A stretch of DNA of 63,998 nucleotides, counting the filler, from Trypethelium eluteriae (lineage: Eukaryota), in the NCBI GenBank assembly GCA_051942245.1. It is 3 parts of 3 records of this genome, joined end to end, with 100 filler letters (N's around TTAATTAATTAA, not from the genome) between each part and the next. Parts side by side here need not be neighbours in the genome. Positions count along the whole stretch, not along the records: positions 45,409 to 63,998 come from JAVECL010000554.1; 2 more parts are not named here. The stretch is one strand, 5' to 3'. Every line of letters starts with the position of its first letter. Positions within the stretch are counted from its first letter, which is position 1. The notes under the pieces are model-generated. The model had not been told where the DNA came from. It did not search any database and worked only from the letters and a program-made list of their open reading frames with translations. This document shows, piece by piece, positions 63,555 through 63,998 of this stretch. The position numbers and the translations under genes are program-made.

Positions 63555-63998
63555 CTACCATCCACTATCGTCACGGCCTTCAGCCCTTCCCTGATCATAG
63601 GAATTATCGATGTTATCGCCGAAGCGTTCCACATCCCCCACACCTTCTCCGACGAAGCCAGCGACGTCCTGGGGAATATCTTCGATGCCCTGAACAGTAT
63701 TGTCAAAGCCTTGCTCGACGCGATTCTCCGTGCGGCCCCAGCCCTGCTCGATATCCTGAGGAATATCTTCCACTTCTTGCACCTACATCACCCATGTCAG
63801 CCATGTACTCCATCCCACGCATGTTTCCACAGCACAGCAGAACCGTCACCGAACAAAAAGCAGTCCAACACTCACCTTCCTTCCTGTCCACCTCGCCGCA
63901 TCATCCGGAAAATCCTCCACATCCTGCACCCCCTGATCGAAATCCCCCTCCGCCCGATACTTCGCCCGATCCCAATCCCCTTCCGCACGATACTTATC
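63555..63998 (-). CDS. Small acidic Gly/Asp-rich repeat protein (hydrophilin/LEA-like), 5' end outside the window
   Basis: DKYRAEGDWDRAKYRAEGDFDQGVQDVEDFPDDAARWTGRK spliced (intron 63875-63783) to VQEVEDIPQDIEQGW...GRDDSGW-stop. Confidence 0.75.

Noticed and set aside
1..63998. tRNA, rRNA or snRNA genes
   Set aside because: No cloverleaf with matching A/B boxes or known RNA signature recognised by eye; a covariance-model scan is needed to exclude them.

Overview
Eukaryotic DNA from a filamentous ascomycete (Pezizomycotina, probably Dothideomycete-like) with short GT-AG introns and CTRAC branch sites. Two identical artificial 100-bp spacers (N44-TTAATTAATTAA-N44 at 22612-22711 and 45309-45408) split the window into three contig pieces whose adjacency is not proven. 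The left piece is mostly conserved genes: MHP1-like LRR protein, RPL5, an Egh16/DUF3129 secreted protein, an FLC/TRP-like channel, HAS1, ARP1 and a frameshifted NmrA-like reductase. The right piece holds an AT-hook/Zn2Cys6 transcription factor, RCO1-like PHD protein, CDB4/PA2G4, HEM4, a conserved unknown protein, SAS2-like HAT and a small acidic repeat protein. The middle piece looks accessory: amidohydrolase, GH43, S41 peptidase, NACHT and HET genes, a divergent aspartate-semialdehyde dehydrogenase and a fasciclin protein. Highlights: (1) a NACHT NTPase with an inserted 8-Cys zinc-finger-like segment and no effector or repeat sensor, whose coding 3' end overlaps a convergent HET-domain gene (candidate two-gene immune or allorecognition module); (2) a 1255-bp mini LTR element with ~70-bp LTRs, a polypurine tract and a GATAT target-site duplication, inserted in the last codons of the asd gene and supplying its stop codon; (3) that asd copy has an AT instead of GT donor at the intron splitting its catalytic Cys codon, and it lies between inverted 17-bp repeat arrays that may mark capture by a DNA transposon. 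All exon boundaries were read by eye and are approximate; no database searches were run.
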